A DNA stretch of 64,000 nucleotides from Peribolospora baueri (lineage: Eukaryota): the NCBI GenBank assembly GCA_029717555.1, contig JAMDHS010000001.1:620001-684000 (forward strand). The letters are read 5' to 3'. The position numbers were made by a program, and so were the translations under genes. Shown here piece after piece: positions 14,929 to 28,110 of the stretch (position 1 is its first letter; each line of letters opens with the position of its first letter). Under the pieces are notes generated by a model. The model was not told the DNA's origin and ran no database searches. It saw only the letters and a program-made list of their open reading frames with translations.

Positions 14929-16031
14929 GGTGGGCGGGTGGGATAGATTGGCGGGTGAGGGGGGGGAAGGATAGGAGGGGAGGGAGGGGAAGGGGATGGA
15001 AGGAGAGTGAGGGGTTAACGAGGCGAGGTGAAGGAGGTGGGTGAGCCTCGCGGGGTGCGAGCGAGGAGGGCGGCGGCGATGGCAATGACGACGACGACGG
15101 GCGATGGCGAGGGCGGTGAGGACGAGGGCGACGGGAATGGAGATGGTGATGGGGAGGGAGAGAGAAGAGGTGTTCGATGTTCGGAAGCGGGTAGACGACG
15201 GACGGAGGGACGATGGACAATGAAGGCGGGCGGGTCGGCGGATGGGCGGACAGGCGGCGCACATGAACCAGGCGAGATTCCCACGCACTTTACCGCGGCC
15301 CGCCCGTTTTGTCCAACCACAACCGCCCAACCTTCTTCCTTCCTTCCTTCCTTCCTTCCACCGTGCCTTTTTCCAAGAACACGACCCAATGCAGGCAGGG
15401 CGCTTTGTACCTACAGTGTCTACGTATACACTCGCAATTCGCCGGACACGGATCGTTCCGACGCCCTCTGCCCTTGCTCTCATCCGTCACGCAGACGCAG
15501 AAGGGTGCGTAGACAGATGGCGTCGTCCGCCCGCTTGCGCTCGCCAGCCCTCCGTCCCCGAGTGCACATCCAAGGCCAAGACGAGACGAGAACCGCATCT
15601 TCCTTTCTGCATCCATACACGAAACACAAAGCGGCAGAAAGGGGGCGAGACGAGACGAGGCGAGGCGAGGCGAAGCGAAGCGAGGCGAGGTGGTACGGCA
15701 GCGGCGAAGGAAGGAAGGGAAAGAACCGAAACAGTGCATGACGGCGAACGGCCGAGGATTCCTATTCCTATTACTGAACGAAGACGAAAACAAAGCGGGC
15801 TATATATGTCTGTATGTGTGCGTACTCGTAAGGACGGCGCTTGTCTGGCTCGTGTCGTGGGGCAAGGGAGCGAGCAGAGGGTATCGGACATGGCGGGATA
15901 TCGCGTGGAGCCGTAGATATTGGACATGGACGCATGTGGATGCAAGACCCGCGAATGGGTTCTGGTGTGTGGGCATGGACAACGAATGAAGGGGAGCCAA
16001 GCTGATCTATGGACCCGACCCGTCGAGCGGG

Positions 16032-19000
16032 TCAAGCGTATCCCTGCTGCCACCGCCTGGCGCGTCTGTTTCCTGTCCAAAACCCAGCCAGCCAGTCCCC
16101 AAAGATGGGCGACACGAGTGGCAGCGGGGTCTGGACGACGCCGTGCTGTGTTGCATGATCAGGACGGGGTGAAGGACGAGGGACAAAAAAAAGGGTCGAA
16201 CGCAGAGGTGAGTGAGTGCGCGCCAGCCTTCTCGCGACGACACGACCGGCCCGCCTCCGGTTCAGTCACAAAATCCGCCCACTCACGTCTCTCCCCAGCA
16301 CGACGACCCTCCAAGGCCGCGTCATCGGCTTGTGCTTCTTCAACGCGCTCCTCGTGCTCTCGTCGTCGCCCTTCGCGAGCAGCGTCAGGATGTTCGCCGC
16401 TACGACGGGCCCGTGCGCCGCCGCCGTCTGCGCCATTTTCGGCTCCGGGCGCTGCGAGGGAGCGAGCGCGATCGAGAAGAGCGGGACCGAGAAAACGGGT
16501 GAGAATGAATAATGCAAAAAGAGGACGGAGGAAGCGTGGGCGGCATCGAAGAAGGTTCGTATCGGCATCTATCAAAACCGACGAGGAAGGAGGGGACGTA
16601 GACTCACGTCGCAACAGTCGCCGACGGCAAACCACCTCCCGCCGAGGACATCGCTGTCGATCTCGAACGTGGGCTTGACAAGGATCTGCTCGGTGTAGGG
16701 GTCGACAGCGAAGGGGTCTGCGTCAGAGACGAGCGATGAGCGCGGACGGGGCGGGAGGGCGAGGATGACGAGGTCCGCTGACGGGGACCAAGGGGTGAGT
16801 ATAGGAGTAAGGGAGAGGTGAGTATAGCAGTAAGGGAAGGGTAAGCGTCAACGAGGTTTGCAAAGCGAGACGCTCTCGCGGAACCGGCCGAAAACAAATA
16901 GAAAAAACACGCACGTTTGAAAGTCTTCCCGTTCCGCGTCTTCAACTCCCTCACGCCACTCTCCTCATCTCTCCTCAGCTTCCCACTGTCCTCCCAATCC
17001 ACCCCGCTCGCCTCCAAGTCCACCTGGTCGCCCAGGCAAAGCTCAACGCCCATCTCGGTGAGTCTCTTGAACAGCGCGTCGTGCATCTTCCGCGCTCCGC
17101 CGTCGAGCATCTCCCCCCATCGCTCCACGTCCGTCGTGCCGTGGAGTTTCCCTTCCTTACTCTTGCCGCGTCCGAGTGCAAGCAGTGATGGCCGGGCCTT
17201 TAGCCTTTCCTCCTGACTTTTCCCGTCCGCCGTGGCCGGGGCGGCGGCGGCGGACGCCTCCTGTCGCTGGTGAGGAGGAGGCGCCGCCTCTCGCATCTCG
17301 AGGGCGGCGGTGGAAGCGCTCCTGTCCCTCCTCATCCTCGTTCTCTCCTCCTCCGTCCGTCCCCAACCCGGCCAACTATACAGGCCCTGTGCGAGCATCT
17401 TTCCCTGCTCAACGAGCACGACACGACGGTTCGGAAAGGCCGACTTGATCTCCGCCACCGTCTCGCACCCGGTGCAGCCTCCACCGACGACAAGGACGCA
17501 CGTTGCGGCGAGCACGGCCGTATTGGCTTGCCGCAGTCCATTACGGATGGAGAGGGCCGAGAGGGGACGGGGAATGTCATGCGCATGGGAGGAGGAAACG
17601 TCGGCTGGGCCGTCGCCGCCGCCTCCGCCATTGCCAACGGGCAAGCCAGAACGCAGTTCGGCTACGGCGCTGGGTCGGGACACGCTGGCAGGAGGAGCGC
17701 CGGCGAGGGACGAACGGTCGGGCTCGCGCTCGGCGGCGGTCATCTCTCTCTTCTGCTCATCGCCGCGTGTCATCCCTCTCGGGCTGAACGGAAAGAGCTG
17801 GGCAGAGCCGACGGCGAGGATGGCGTAATCGAAATCGATCCTGCTCCTTCCAAGACCTCTCTCGGCCATCACCTCGGTCGTCCTGGCATTGGAAACGTCG
17901 ACGACGAGCGAGCGAGGGGAGAGGGACTCGACGCGGGTATGGGCGAGGACAAAGTGTCTGGATTGGGGAGGGAAGAGCTTCGAGAGCGTGTTGGTATGAG
18001 AGTGGGAGAGAGAATGGGTGAGGTAGGATCCGATGCGCGACGAGTCGTGTAAGGAACGAGGTACTGCGGTTGGGCTGTCGAATAGAAAGAAGAGAACACA
18101 AGAGACAAGTCAACGGAGAGACAAACGAAACCCGGGGGGGGGGGGACCAAAGACGCACAAGAACGCGGCGTCGGCGGCGTCGATGAGGACGAGTCGATGT
18201 GTGGGCGGCAACTTTTTGACGAGCGCACGCGCCGCCGAAAGGCCTGGATGGACACGGACGGACGACACGTCGTCAGGGCATGCTTCCAAAGAATCTCGCA
18301 GATCTCGTCCCACCTCCTTTCTCCAACTCACCAGCGACGCTAGCGCCGACGACGACGACGTTCCTATAGCTCTTCTCCAACCCAGCCAACACGCCCGAGG
18401 CAGCGGGGCCGTCGGCGATCCTCAAAGACGATCCGCGGTTCAATGTCGTCGCCGACTTGCCCACGCCCGCCCCTGGGCCGGCGCCGGCGCCAGCACCGAC
18501 GTAGGGCCGGCGTCCAGACGGGACGCGGACTACATCGCCCGCACCGTCCACGCGTAGGTGGGAGGTCATCGCAGCGCCATTGCGACGGCGCGCCGTTCGA
18601 CCGTCGCCGGTGCCGCCGCTGTGGGCGTAAGAAACGCCACGTCCGTCGGCTCCGGCGACTGCAGAGGTGGGGCCGGGCGTGGAGGCGGTAGCCAAGGCGG
18701 AGGTGGACATGCTCCTCACCGTTATTCTCTTGTTCTCCGCGCGGGTCAGAGAGAGAAGCGAAGACGTGGCTCCTCTGAGGGCTGAGACAGGAGTGCGGTT
18801 ACCACTGCTACCACCTCCGCTGCCACCGCTCGTGCCGGTCACAGTCCTTATTCTGCGCAGTGCCGAGAAAGGGCCTGAAGGTTCGCGCACGCGTACGGCC
18901 AGACTTGGGTGGCGTGTCACCGTCGCCGTGCTGTGTGAGGGCGAGAGGGCTGAGGAGGAGGAGAGAAAGGATGAGGAAGACGCTAGGAAGCTTTGAGACA

Positions 19001-19583
19001 GGTGGTTGTGGCCGGAATGGAGGACGTTCACGTGAAGCGCCGAGGCGGAAGAGGGCGAGAGGGGAGGGTGATGGTGAGATTGGTGGGAGGTTTCGGAGCG
19101 AGAGGGAGGGCGGGAGTGAGAATGGCCGGAGGTGGTGTGAGAGAGCTGAGAGGAGGAGCGAACGAGCGAGTTGGACGAGGTGTTGTTAGGGCTCTGGTTT
19201 GGGGGAGCAAGCGACCCAGAGGATAGCTCGAGGCTCGTCGCGCTCGTCTCCGGAGGCGGTTGGAGCGTCGGGGTGATGGGCCTGGAGGGGGCGAGGGAGC
19301 GAGAGGGGTGCTGGCGGTGGTGAGGGTGAGGCAAGTAGATCTTGTCCTGGGCGACGTACGGCTGAGCGTCGACGGGTCCGCTGGGAGAAGAGAGGTCGTG
19401 GTCGAAGATATGAACCACACGAACACACCCTCGGTCGGCGTCGGCTGCCAGGCCGGGCGGGCTGGCGGAACGTGGTCGGAGGTCGCGACTGGCTCGCCTG
19501 TACTGATGCGAGGCTGAGTGTTGTTGGTAGAGCGGGGTGAGGGGGATGGAGGAGGGCAAAGTGGGGGAAGTGGCGAGGTGCAT
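16032..19583 (-). CDS. AIF/AMID-like FAD/NAD(P)H oxidoreductase with a long Ser/Pro-rich N-terminus
   Basis: YRNVVVVGASVAG|LSAARAL..HRLVLID, IDFDYAILAVGS, VLVVGGGCTGCETVAEI, ILVKPTFEI..WFAVGDCCD, PKMAQTAAAHGPVVAANI; last exon HGVVQTP...QQGYA* (TGA 16032-16034). Start ATG 19583 is provisional. Confidence 0.78.
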
Positions 19584-20643
19584 GGAGTGCGGGTGGTGGG
19601 GGGCACAAAGGAGAGACGAGGTGAGAAAAGAGCGTGAGGGAGCGAGAGTAGGGTAAGATAAAGGGAGAAGGGGAAGGAAGATTGGAGAAGGGGGAAGAAA
19701 GGAGTAGGGAGGAGAATTAAATTCAGAAGAGGGTTATTAGGCCTCGTATGGCCCAAGTCGCCGTACGAGCGACGTCGAGGAGGAAGAGAAAGAAGGGCAA
19801 GCCGGCCGACGGCGAGGTCTAGCAAGTGCCTCCGACGACGACGGGCAGATCGAACTGCGTGGGACCGGCAGCGGGGACGTAGAGTGGAGGCAAGAGGGCG
19901 ATGGTGCGCCAAGCCGTCGGACGATGATCGTCTGTATCCGCGGCATGGACAGCGCAAAGAAGAGGAGTGGGGGGCGGCGACGTTAACGTTCTCGTTCTCA
20001 CCTCTGTCTTGTCTGTGTCTCTCGCCTCGGGGGTTCGTCCGACTTGACGCGGCCGATCACTGTCACGTTACGTCAATGCCACGCTTGCGATGATCGACCG
20101 GCAACTCGCTCAGCTGTTGCTTGGAGGCCGGGAGGGGAAAGAGAGGGAGCGACAAGGCGAGGAGACGGAAGTAGAGAGACGAGACCGAGAAAGAAGGAAG
20201 TAGAGCGACGAGCGTGTCCGAGCTCGACTGGACGGCCAGCAAGCCCAGACGGACGGACAGCTGAGCTCGACGGTGGGCGGCGAGGCGGAGAGCTAGTCGC
20301 TAGAAGATTACGCCCGCTGCCGCAGCTGACGGTGGAAAAAGACGGAAAGCAATCGATTGAAACTGAATTCAAACGCCAGCTGCAAGTGCCCCTCCCGTCC
20401 CCCGTGCCCCGTCCCCGCCTACGCCCGCCCAACTCCGTGCCGACGCGTAATCGACGCTTGCTCGTCGTCGATCACCCAAGGTCGGAAGGTAGAACGAAGA
20501 CAAGGACAAGACAAGGACGGACGATAACCGCGAGCCTTGCATTCTTTCCCCTTCGTCCATCCCACCAGCGCCCTTCTTTTCTTTTCTAGCAAACGCCCAT
20601 ACCCCCCCGTCCTCCTCGCTTCCGTCCACTGCCGCCGCTCATC

Positions 20644-22881
20644 ATGTCTTCTGGCGCGCCGGAGAAGAAGCAGGAGCGTGACTACACTCCAGACGTCCAG
20701 AAAATCGTCCCTGAGGCCGAGGCGCTCGCAAAAGTGGGTCCAAGGGGGCGTGGAAGCAGAGATGGGAGTGGGGAGGGGGAGAAGTGGAGCGAGGAGCTTG
20801 GAAGAGGGAAAGAGGGCCTTGGGGCGCACTTGTCGCCGTCGCTATCGTCGTCGCCGCCACTGACCCTTTCGTTTCACCACCCATTCCTCCCCATAAGAGC
20901 GGCAAGCTCCAAGATGCCCTCGACAAACTGCTTGCCCTGGAGAAGCAGACTCGAAATGTGGGTCTCAGCGCCATTCATCCTCATTTTCCGCCTCGCCTTC
21001 TATGAGCATGACCTCGGTCGCTGACGCCCACGCGCACGCTCCCTCCTGCTCTCGCCCGCGTGTCCGCAACCCCCTACCCCCTCTGCCAGGCAGCCGACCT
21101 CTCCTCAACCACGACCCTTCTCCTTACCCTTCTCCGCCTTATTCGCACCACCCCTTCACCCTCCCAATGCGACTGGACCCAGCTCAACGCACACATCGTC
21201 ACCCTCTCCAAAAAGCACGGCCAGCTCAAGCAGGCCATCACGCGTATGGTCCAGGAGGCGATGAAGTACCTCGACGAGCTCGACGATGCCGACCCGCGCA
21301 AGGTGCAGCTCATTGAAACGCTAAGGACCGTCACCGAGGGCAAGGTGAGCGAACGGTCGGCGCGCCCAGGGAGATGGACCCTTCTGACATTGCCATCCTC
21401 GTCCTCCTTCTCTTTTTTTCCGTCTCCCAGATCTTTGTCGAAGTCGAACGCGCTCGCGTGACCCGCCTTTACTCCCGTCTGCTCGAGTCCTCCGGGGACG
21501 AGTCCAAGGCGGCGGACGTGCTGCAGGAGCTCCAAGTGGAGACGTTTGGGAGCATGGACAGGAAGGAGAAGACTGAGTTCATCCTCGAACAGATGCGCCT
21601 CACCTTCCAGAAGGGTGACTACAACCGGACGGCCATCATCTCGAGGAAGATCAACACCAAATGGCTCAAGGACGCGGAGAACGAGGTGAGCCGACGGGCG
21701 GGTCGATCGCGACGTGTGGGGCGAGCCATGGTCTTGCTGGGACCATTTCTGCGTTTCTCACCTCCCACTTCTCACTCCTCGCCCTCTCCACCGTCCCTTC
21801 GCCTTCAGGAACTTAAACATCGTTTCTACGACCTCATGATCCGCTACGCTCTCCGCGAGGCCAAGCATCTCGACGTCTGCCGCTACTACTGGGAGGTATA
21901 CGACACTCCTTCCGTCAAGAGCGACACCACGCGCGCCAAGGACGTCTTGCAAAACATCGTCACCTTTATCGTGCTCAGCCCGTACGATAACGAGCAGAGC
22001 GACCTCATGGCCAGGATCAAGGCGATGACGGACTTGGATCAGGTGCCTGAGTATAGGTGAGCGCGCCGTGGCGGACGGTGAACGAGTAGGCGCGTCGTTC
22101 GCTCGCCGTCGTCATCGTGTTTTGCAAGTTTTCCTTACCGACTTTGTGCTCCTTCAGCAACCTCCTCAAGTGCTTCACGACCCCAGAACTGATGCGATGG
22201 CCCGGTATCGAGAGCCTTTACGGCGCCACCCTCCGATCAACGCCCACCTTTGCGCCCGGCGCCGACGAGGGAAGGGGCGATAAGCGATGGGAGGAGCTGC
22301 ACAAGCGCGTCATCGAGCATGTGAGTCGGTGTCCGTTTCTTCGGCCCACGCCGCCTTACGCTCCCCTCTCCTAACTCGTTCCTTCCCTGTCTTCTTTTTT
22401 TCCCTCCTCTCTGCGGCCTTCCCAGAACATTCGCGTCATCTCCAAGTACTACACCCGCATCTCCCTCTCCCGCCTTACAGAGCTCCTCGACCTCAGCCCA
22501 GACCGCACAGAATCCCACCTTTCCTCCCTCGTCTCCTCCGGCACCGTGCGCGCAAAGATCGACAGGCCCGCCGGGCTCGTGTCCTTTGCGCGCAATAGGA
22601 ACACCGACGAGGTTTTGAACGATTGGAGCTCGGACGTGGAAAAGCTGTTGGGGTTGGTGGAGAAGACGAGTCATCTGATCAGCAAGGAGTATGCGCTGCA
22701 GTGAGTCTTCGTTTTTCCCTTTTCCTTCTTCTCCCGCCGCCGCCTCGCCTATCGCTCCCGGACGGGCCCTCCTTTCTCGCAGACCGAGATCGTCGTTCCG
22801 TCGCTCATTTTCCGTCTTCGCCTCCTTTTCTTTTTCCTCTCCCTTTCCAGCTCGGCCGGGATAGCAGTGAAGGACAAGTGA
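20644..22881 (+). CDS. RPN5: 26S proteasome lid subunit Rpn5 (PCI domain)
   Basis: LLALEKQTRN, LSKKHGQLKQAI, VTEGK|IFVEVERARVT, LQELQVETFGSM, EFILEQMRL, RVIEH|NIRVISKYYTRI, AKIDRPAG, LNDWS. Probable last intron 22701-22850; if unspliced, the stop is at 22704. Confidence 0.96.
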
Positions 22882-24101
22882 AGACGTCCCTCTCTGCCCG
22901 TTCGTCGTGCCCTCCCCTCGTTCTCCTCACCTACCACCGACGACCCCTTGTAATCTACTCGAGCACGGTAGACCGATGTAGACAAACCCGCCCGCCTGCA
23001 CATGAGAAAACGGAAACCCTTGTCCGCGCCGGCCCGCCCAGCCAAGGGCGAGTCTGACTGAGCCTAGTTCAAAAGACCGTCGTCGCGTCGCCTCGCGCTA
23101 GGGCCATTCCTTCTCCCATTCACTCCACTCCATGACTGCGCTTGCGAAACACGAACCGGGTGAGAGGGAACGCCCACGCGCACGCCCTCTCCTCTGCACG
23201 GGAAAAAAATATAACGGAGCATGCGATTTTGCCCATCCACCGCACGATGGTCCACTCGCATTCCGGATCCCGTCCATGCGCCCCGCCCCGCCGCCACAGG
23301 ACCTCACGAGCGGCTGGCCACGAGGTGTACGTGCAAATCCTATTCTTTCCTATCCGCGGATGAAGCTGCCAGGTGGGGGGCCCCCCCTCTCGCCTCGCCT
23401 CGAAGTCGCCTCGAGGTCGCCGTTGCGGTTCCTGCGATCGTTCCCGTCGATAGCGCGAGTAGACTATAGCTTACAAGAGGCACAGAGAAGGGACGGAACG
23501 AGCAGCACAGGACCCGAAACACAGAAAAGAAGCAAAAGGAAAGAAGGAGGGCGAGGAAAGTCGCGTACAAAGACAAGCGACCTCCTCGGAAGAGTTGACG
23601 TTGACGTTTACGGGCACGTCGTTCGTGGAAGCAAAAAGGGGGGTATGTTATACACGACCGATGACAGCGAAAAGTATACAGATGCGGGGGTGGGTAGGCT
23701 AATCCGAGAGAGAAAGGGAGAGTGGGAATTGGAATGCAAGCGAGCGAGCGAGCGAGCGAGCGAGCCATGAATGGGCGGAGGGACGGAGGGAAAGAGACGT
23801 ACTCTATGTCGATAGAGAAGGAAGGCCGAGCACGTTCACGGCGAACGCTGCAAGGAAAGACGGACGCGCGCCTCTCTTCGTTCGTTCGCCAGCAGCCAAT
23901 CCAGTCCGAGAGTACGCGGTTCAGAATCCGAGGGGAGCCGGCTGCAGGTGCGTTGAGGACGGCAAAGACGGTGGGTGGGATGAGATGTCTAGCTTGGCGA
24001 GATGGGAAAGCGAACAGGCACGGCAGCGGAGGCAATAAAGCAGGAGGGAATCGGAGAAAGAAAAGACGGCGATGGGAGGGCGGGCAGGGCAGGACGTGTG
24101 C

Positions 24102-27100
24102 TCAGGCGAGCCTCCACCACGAGGCTTCGTACCACTTTTCCGGCTCTTCCTGATCCTCGTCCGTGTCCTCAAAATCGTGCACGTGGGTGAGGAAATCCTA
24201 GCACGGAAGGATGAGCGCAAGACAAAGGGAAGGAAAGAACGGCATGCAGATGGTCAGTCCTTGCGGCAGTTCCGTGAAAGTACACGCGAAGCCCACGAAA
24301 GCCCCCGCCATCCAGCCGCTCACCATCTCCTTAGCCCTGACAACTTTGCTGCCGAGCCACCACTTTGCTCCAAAGTACATTATCGCGAAGAAGGGGATGG
24401 GGAGGTAAGAGGTGATAAAGTCGACCCAAACGAACGGCTTTCGGAGGAAGACGGCGAATCCGTTTGTGATGACCTAAAGGTCCCAACGAGTCGACAGAGG
24501 GTCAACCAGAGCAGAGCTACGACACCACGCAGGAGGACGAGGGTAGCCAACTCACGACAATCGCCGTCGAGAAGACACCGTACCAGGCGAGATAGGGCTG
24601 TCCCCAGCCTCGGTACGGCAGCGTGCGTCGATCGATGCCTTGAGCTTTGATGCCCGCGTAGAAGCGAAGGAAGGTGATGCAGATGCTCATCCAAGTAAGC
24701 AAGCCAGCGACTGTGAAGTGCGTCATCAAGCGGGACGAGAAGCGGGGCGTGATGAGAGTGGACAAGGGTGTGAGCGGAAGGCAAGTAATGCAGCAAGGAT
24801 GGCCGGGGATGGAGGCCCAGACGCTCACGAGAGGTCATGGTATAGAACCTGGAAAGAGAGCAGCAACACGAGCGAGCGCGACCGTGAGCGTGGAGAACAT
24901 CGTAAAGATGATCTATCGTACGTACCACTGGAAAACCCGGTTCGAGGTTGCGGAAATCCCCACGTAACTGGACGCGACGAATGACACAAGGAGGAGGAAA
25001 TGATCGACGTCGTCCATATTCCTCGAGCAGACGCTCGTGACGAGTGCCTACGACTACCCAGCCCATTGATAAGAACGTAAACCAAGGGGAGCAAACTCAC
25101 GCGAGACACGAAAGGGAGATGGAGACGAGCAAAGCATTGAAAGGCAGCCTCTTCCTCGTCGTCTTTGCAAACACGGGTGGCGCCAACTCCATGAGCGCCA
25201 GGGCGTGAAGGATGCGAGAGGAAGTGTAGAGGGCCGAGCTCGCCGCGGAGGTGGCAGATACGATCTACGTTTGAGTTGACAAAAACATGTTGTCAGCCGC
25301 CGAAGCGACACATGCAAAGAGACAAGGACGACTGGGATGACTGACTAAGATGCCGTTGATGATGCTCGACAAGGTCTTGATGCCCGCCTTGCGGATGGCG
25401 ATCACGAAAGGCGAGCCCTCAGGCGAGACGACTTCTGCATGCGGCGACACTTTCACGAGGCCTGGCGCGTTGGAGCTGCAAATCAAGCCGATGACTGTGG
25501 TTGACGGCGACGGCGACGGCATGAAGGCAGGAGGGGTCAGAGAAACGCTAGCTCAAGCGAAGAAAGGAAGAGACAAAAAGGAAACACAACCGAACGAACT
25601 CACTGATGACGCTGCAAAAGTAAGCGACGATGATGCGGAAGTAGCAGGTCTTGATGGCAGCGGGGATGGACCGCCTCGGGTTGCTCGTTTCTCCCGCCGC
25701 GATGGCCACGATCTCCGTTCCTTGGAAGGCGAAGGCTGCTGGGATCTGTGGGGGAGAAAAGGAGGATGAGCGCGAAAGGACGGCAGCGAAGAGCGGAGGA
25801 AGAGAAAAACTGAATACGGAGGACGGAGGAGCTTACCAGGGCCGACCACACGGCAAGGAAGCGGCCCGTCGCGCCGCTGATGTCGAGATACTGCTTGAAA
25901 GGGCCGGGGTCCTGACACGCGGAAAGGCGGGAAGAGGGAGTAGTCAGTCGGTCGAGAGAAGTCATCAGGGCCAAAGCCTTTTTTTAAGGCATCCGGGAAC
26001 GAGGAGGAGGACGGGTCAACACACGAGCCAGTATCGGAAGCCTAGTCGGTCGTGACTGGGTCCACCACCGAGGTCTATTATGACGCCGAGGATGATGAGG
26101 CCGATGATGGACAGGATCCTGAGAGCGCAAGAGACAGGTCAGGAATGGACGGGGCAGGAAAAGACGAGAAGAGAAGGCGTGCTCACTTTACCGAACCGAT
26201 CAAAAACTCAGCCTTGATGGAAAGGACGGGGAAAGGGAGGAAGGACGAAATGGGAACCGATGGTGAGTCTCCGAGCCGCGCACTCCCTCCAAGGCCGCTG
26301 GCTCGCGGCCCCGGGCGGAGGCTCACCTCTCCATAAGCACCAGAGCCGAGCAAGTTGATGGCGGTGATGGCGACCAAGCCGACGGTGACCCATACGGCAT
26401 CGCTTACGGGCGGGTTCCAATAGCCAACGAGGACAGCTGCAGCGGAGAGCTCGGCGGCTGGTGTGAGGATCCTGGAGGGAAGCGTAAACGACGGCGGGCG
26501 GGGCGGCGGTACGAGTGTCAGGTCTAGGGTGCGAGGCCGATCCACCTGATCAATCGCAGAAGAAGCAAACCCACCACCCATAACAACAAGCCCAGCCGAC
26601 GGCGAACCCGAACGCTGGGTCAACGAAACGATGGGCCAAGGTGATGTGCCCACCGGGCAGGGGAAGGTAGGTGACGATCTCGCCGAGGGAAACCATGACG
26701 GCGTAGACGGTGAAGCCTGCGGGGGAAGGGGGGAGAAGATAAACATAAATCGACATCGTCGTCCATCCATGCAACCATCTATCCGCCCGGGTCGCCCCTC
26801 CTGCATGCGAGCACGTACGCATACATGCATCGAGCCACCCGCACGCTTTCGCGCCTGGTCACCAGCGCCTTGTTCAGCCTCCCAGGAAAAGGGCAAGGCA
26901 CCAAGGAATGCGATGCGATGACGTGGGGGTGCGACCCGAAACGATCGCCTCACTCACCCATTAGGACATAGCCGAGCAAGAGCGCGGCGGGGCCTCCGTT
27001 GGCGAGAGAGGAGCCTGTGCCGAGAAAGAGGCTGTGGGAAAGAAGGAAGAAGCGGGAAGGAGGAGGGCAGCGGACAGACAAGGACAAGAGCGACGTGAGG

Positions 27101-27450
27101 TTCTTCTCATCCTTCCCAGGCAGAGAGTCCATTTTCTTTTTTCCCTTCTCGTCCTCCTGCTCCCTCCATCGCCTGTCCTGCTCACCCAGTCCCGACAACG
27201 CCAGTAAGCGAGATCATGAGCACATGTCGCTGTCGAAGGCCCCTGTGAAGGCGGTGAGAGCCGTCCGAACATGTGTCCGCCGGGAGGGTCTGCATGAAGG
27301 GGGCGAAAGATGCGAGCGTGAGAAGGGTGCCCACCGCGGCGAGTCGCCTTCGCCAGCTTGGACGGCCGATGATCGACGATCTTCTTCTTCTCCCCGTCCG
27401 CTGGCACAAGCCAGCTCGAGCGGACTCACCCGGATGCCCTGATAGGGCAT
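24102..27450 (-). CDS. APC-superfamily YAT-type amino acid permease (Dip5/Gap1-like), many introns
   Basis: [129 protein letters not shown]; last exon DFLTHV...WWRLA*. Confidence 0.9.
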
Positions 27451-28073
27451 GACCTTGGGTTATGTGCCAATCCGTCGACTAGAGTGGTCGGAAGAGAAGG
27501 GGAGGAGGGGAGGTGGGGGAATCGGAGGTGGGGGATCGATCGAGGGCGAGGGCGAGGGCGAAGGTGGAAGGGGAGACGGTGTATGTATGATGTAGTCGAC
27601 TGGCAGTTGCTATGCTGTGGCGTGCAAGTGCGAGAGCGGGATCGGGATGAGAACGTCGGGTTATCCACTGGTGTGCGGTGGTGTCGACGAGCGGGGTAGG
27701 GCGATGTCGATATCTGCTCACTCGATAACCGACCGAGTGGAGTGGAGTCGACGCGGGAAAGGGAAAGGGAGTCGTGGCTAGGAAAAGCAAGCGAAGGCCG
27801 GGTAGGGCTGGACGTCTAGTCTGGTGGTCGTCGTTGAGGAAGAGATGGGAGGTCGGTCATGAGGAGGAGGAGGAGGTGCTGGTGGTGAGTGGTGGAAGTG
27901 GGAGACGAGACGAGTTCTTTCTCTTCATCCACTCCAACCCCACGGCTCGGCCTTTCCAAGATCGGCAGTGAGCGCCGTTCTGTCCTTTCTGTCCTTTCTG
28001 TCCATGCTTCAGCGCCGGTCATAACTACGTCGGAACTGCCTCGCTCGATCGACGTCGAGGGCAGTCGGCCAAG

Positions 28074-28074
28074 C

Positions 28075-28110
<36 letters not shown>
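28074..28110. repeat. (CTGT)n microsatellite
   Basis: About 9 perfect units, in the long upstream region of the permease. Confidence 0.9.

Noticed and set aside
22699..22704. In-frame stop overlapping the last 5' splice site of RPN5 (and similarly at 37914-37917)
   Set aside because: Any phase-2 GTGAGT donor gives an in-frame TGA, so this is not evidence of regulated alternative C-termini.
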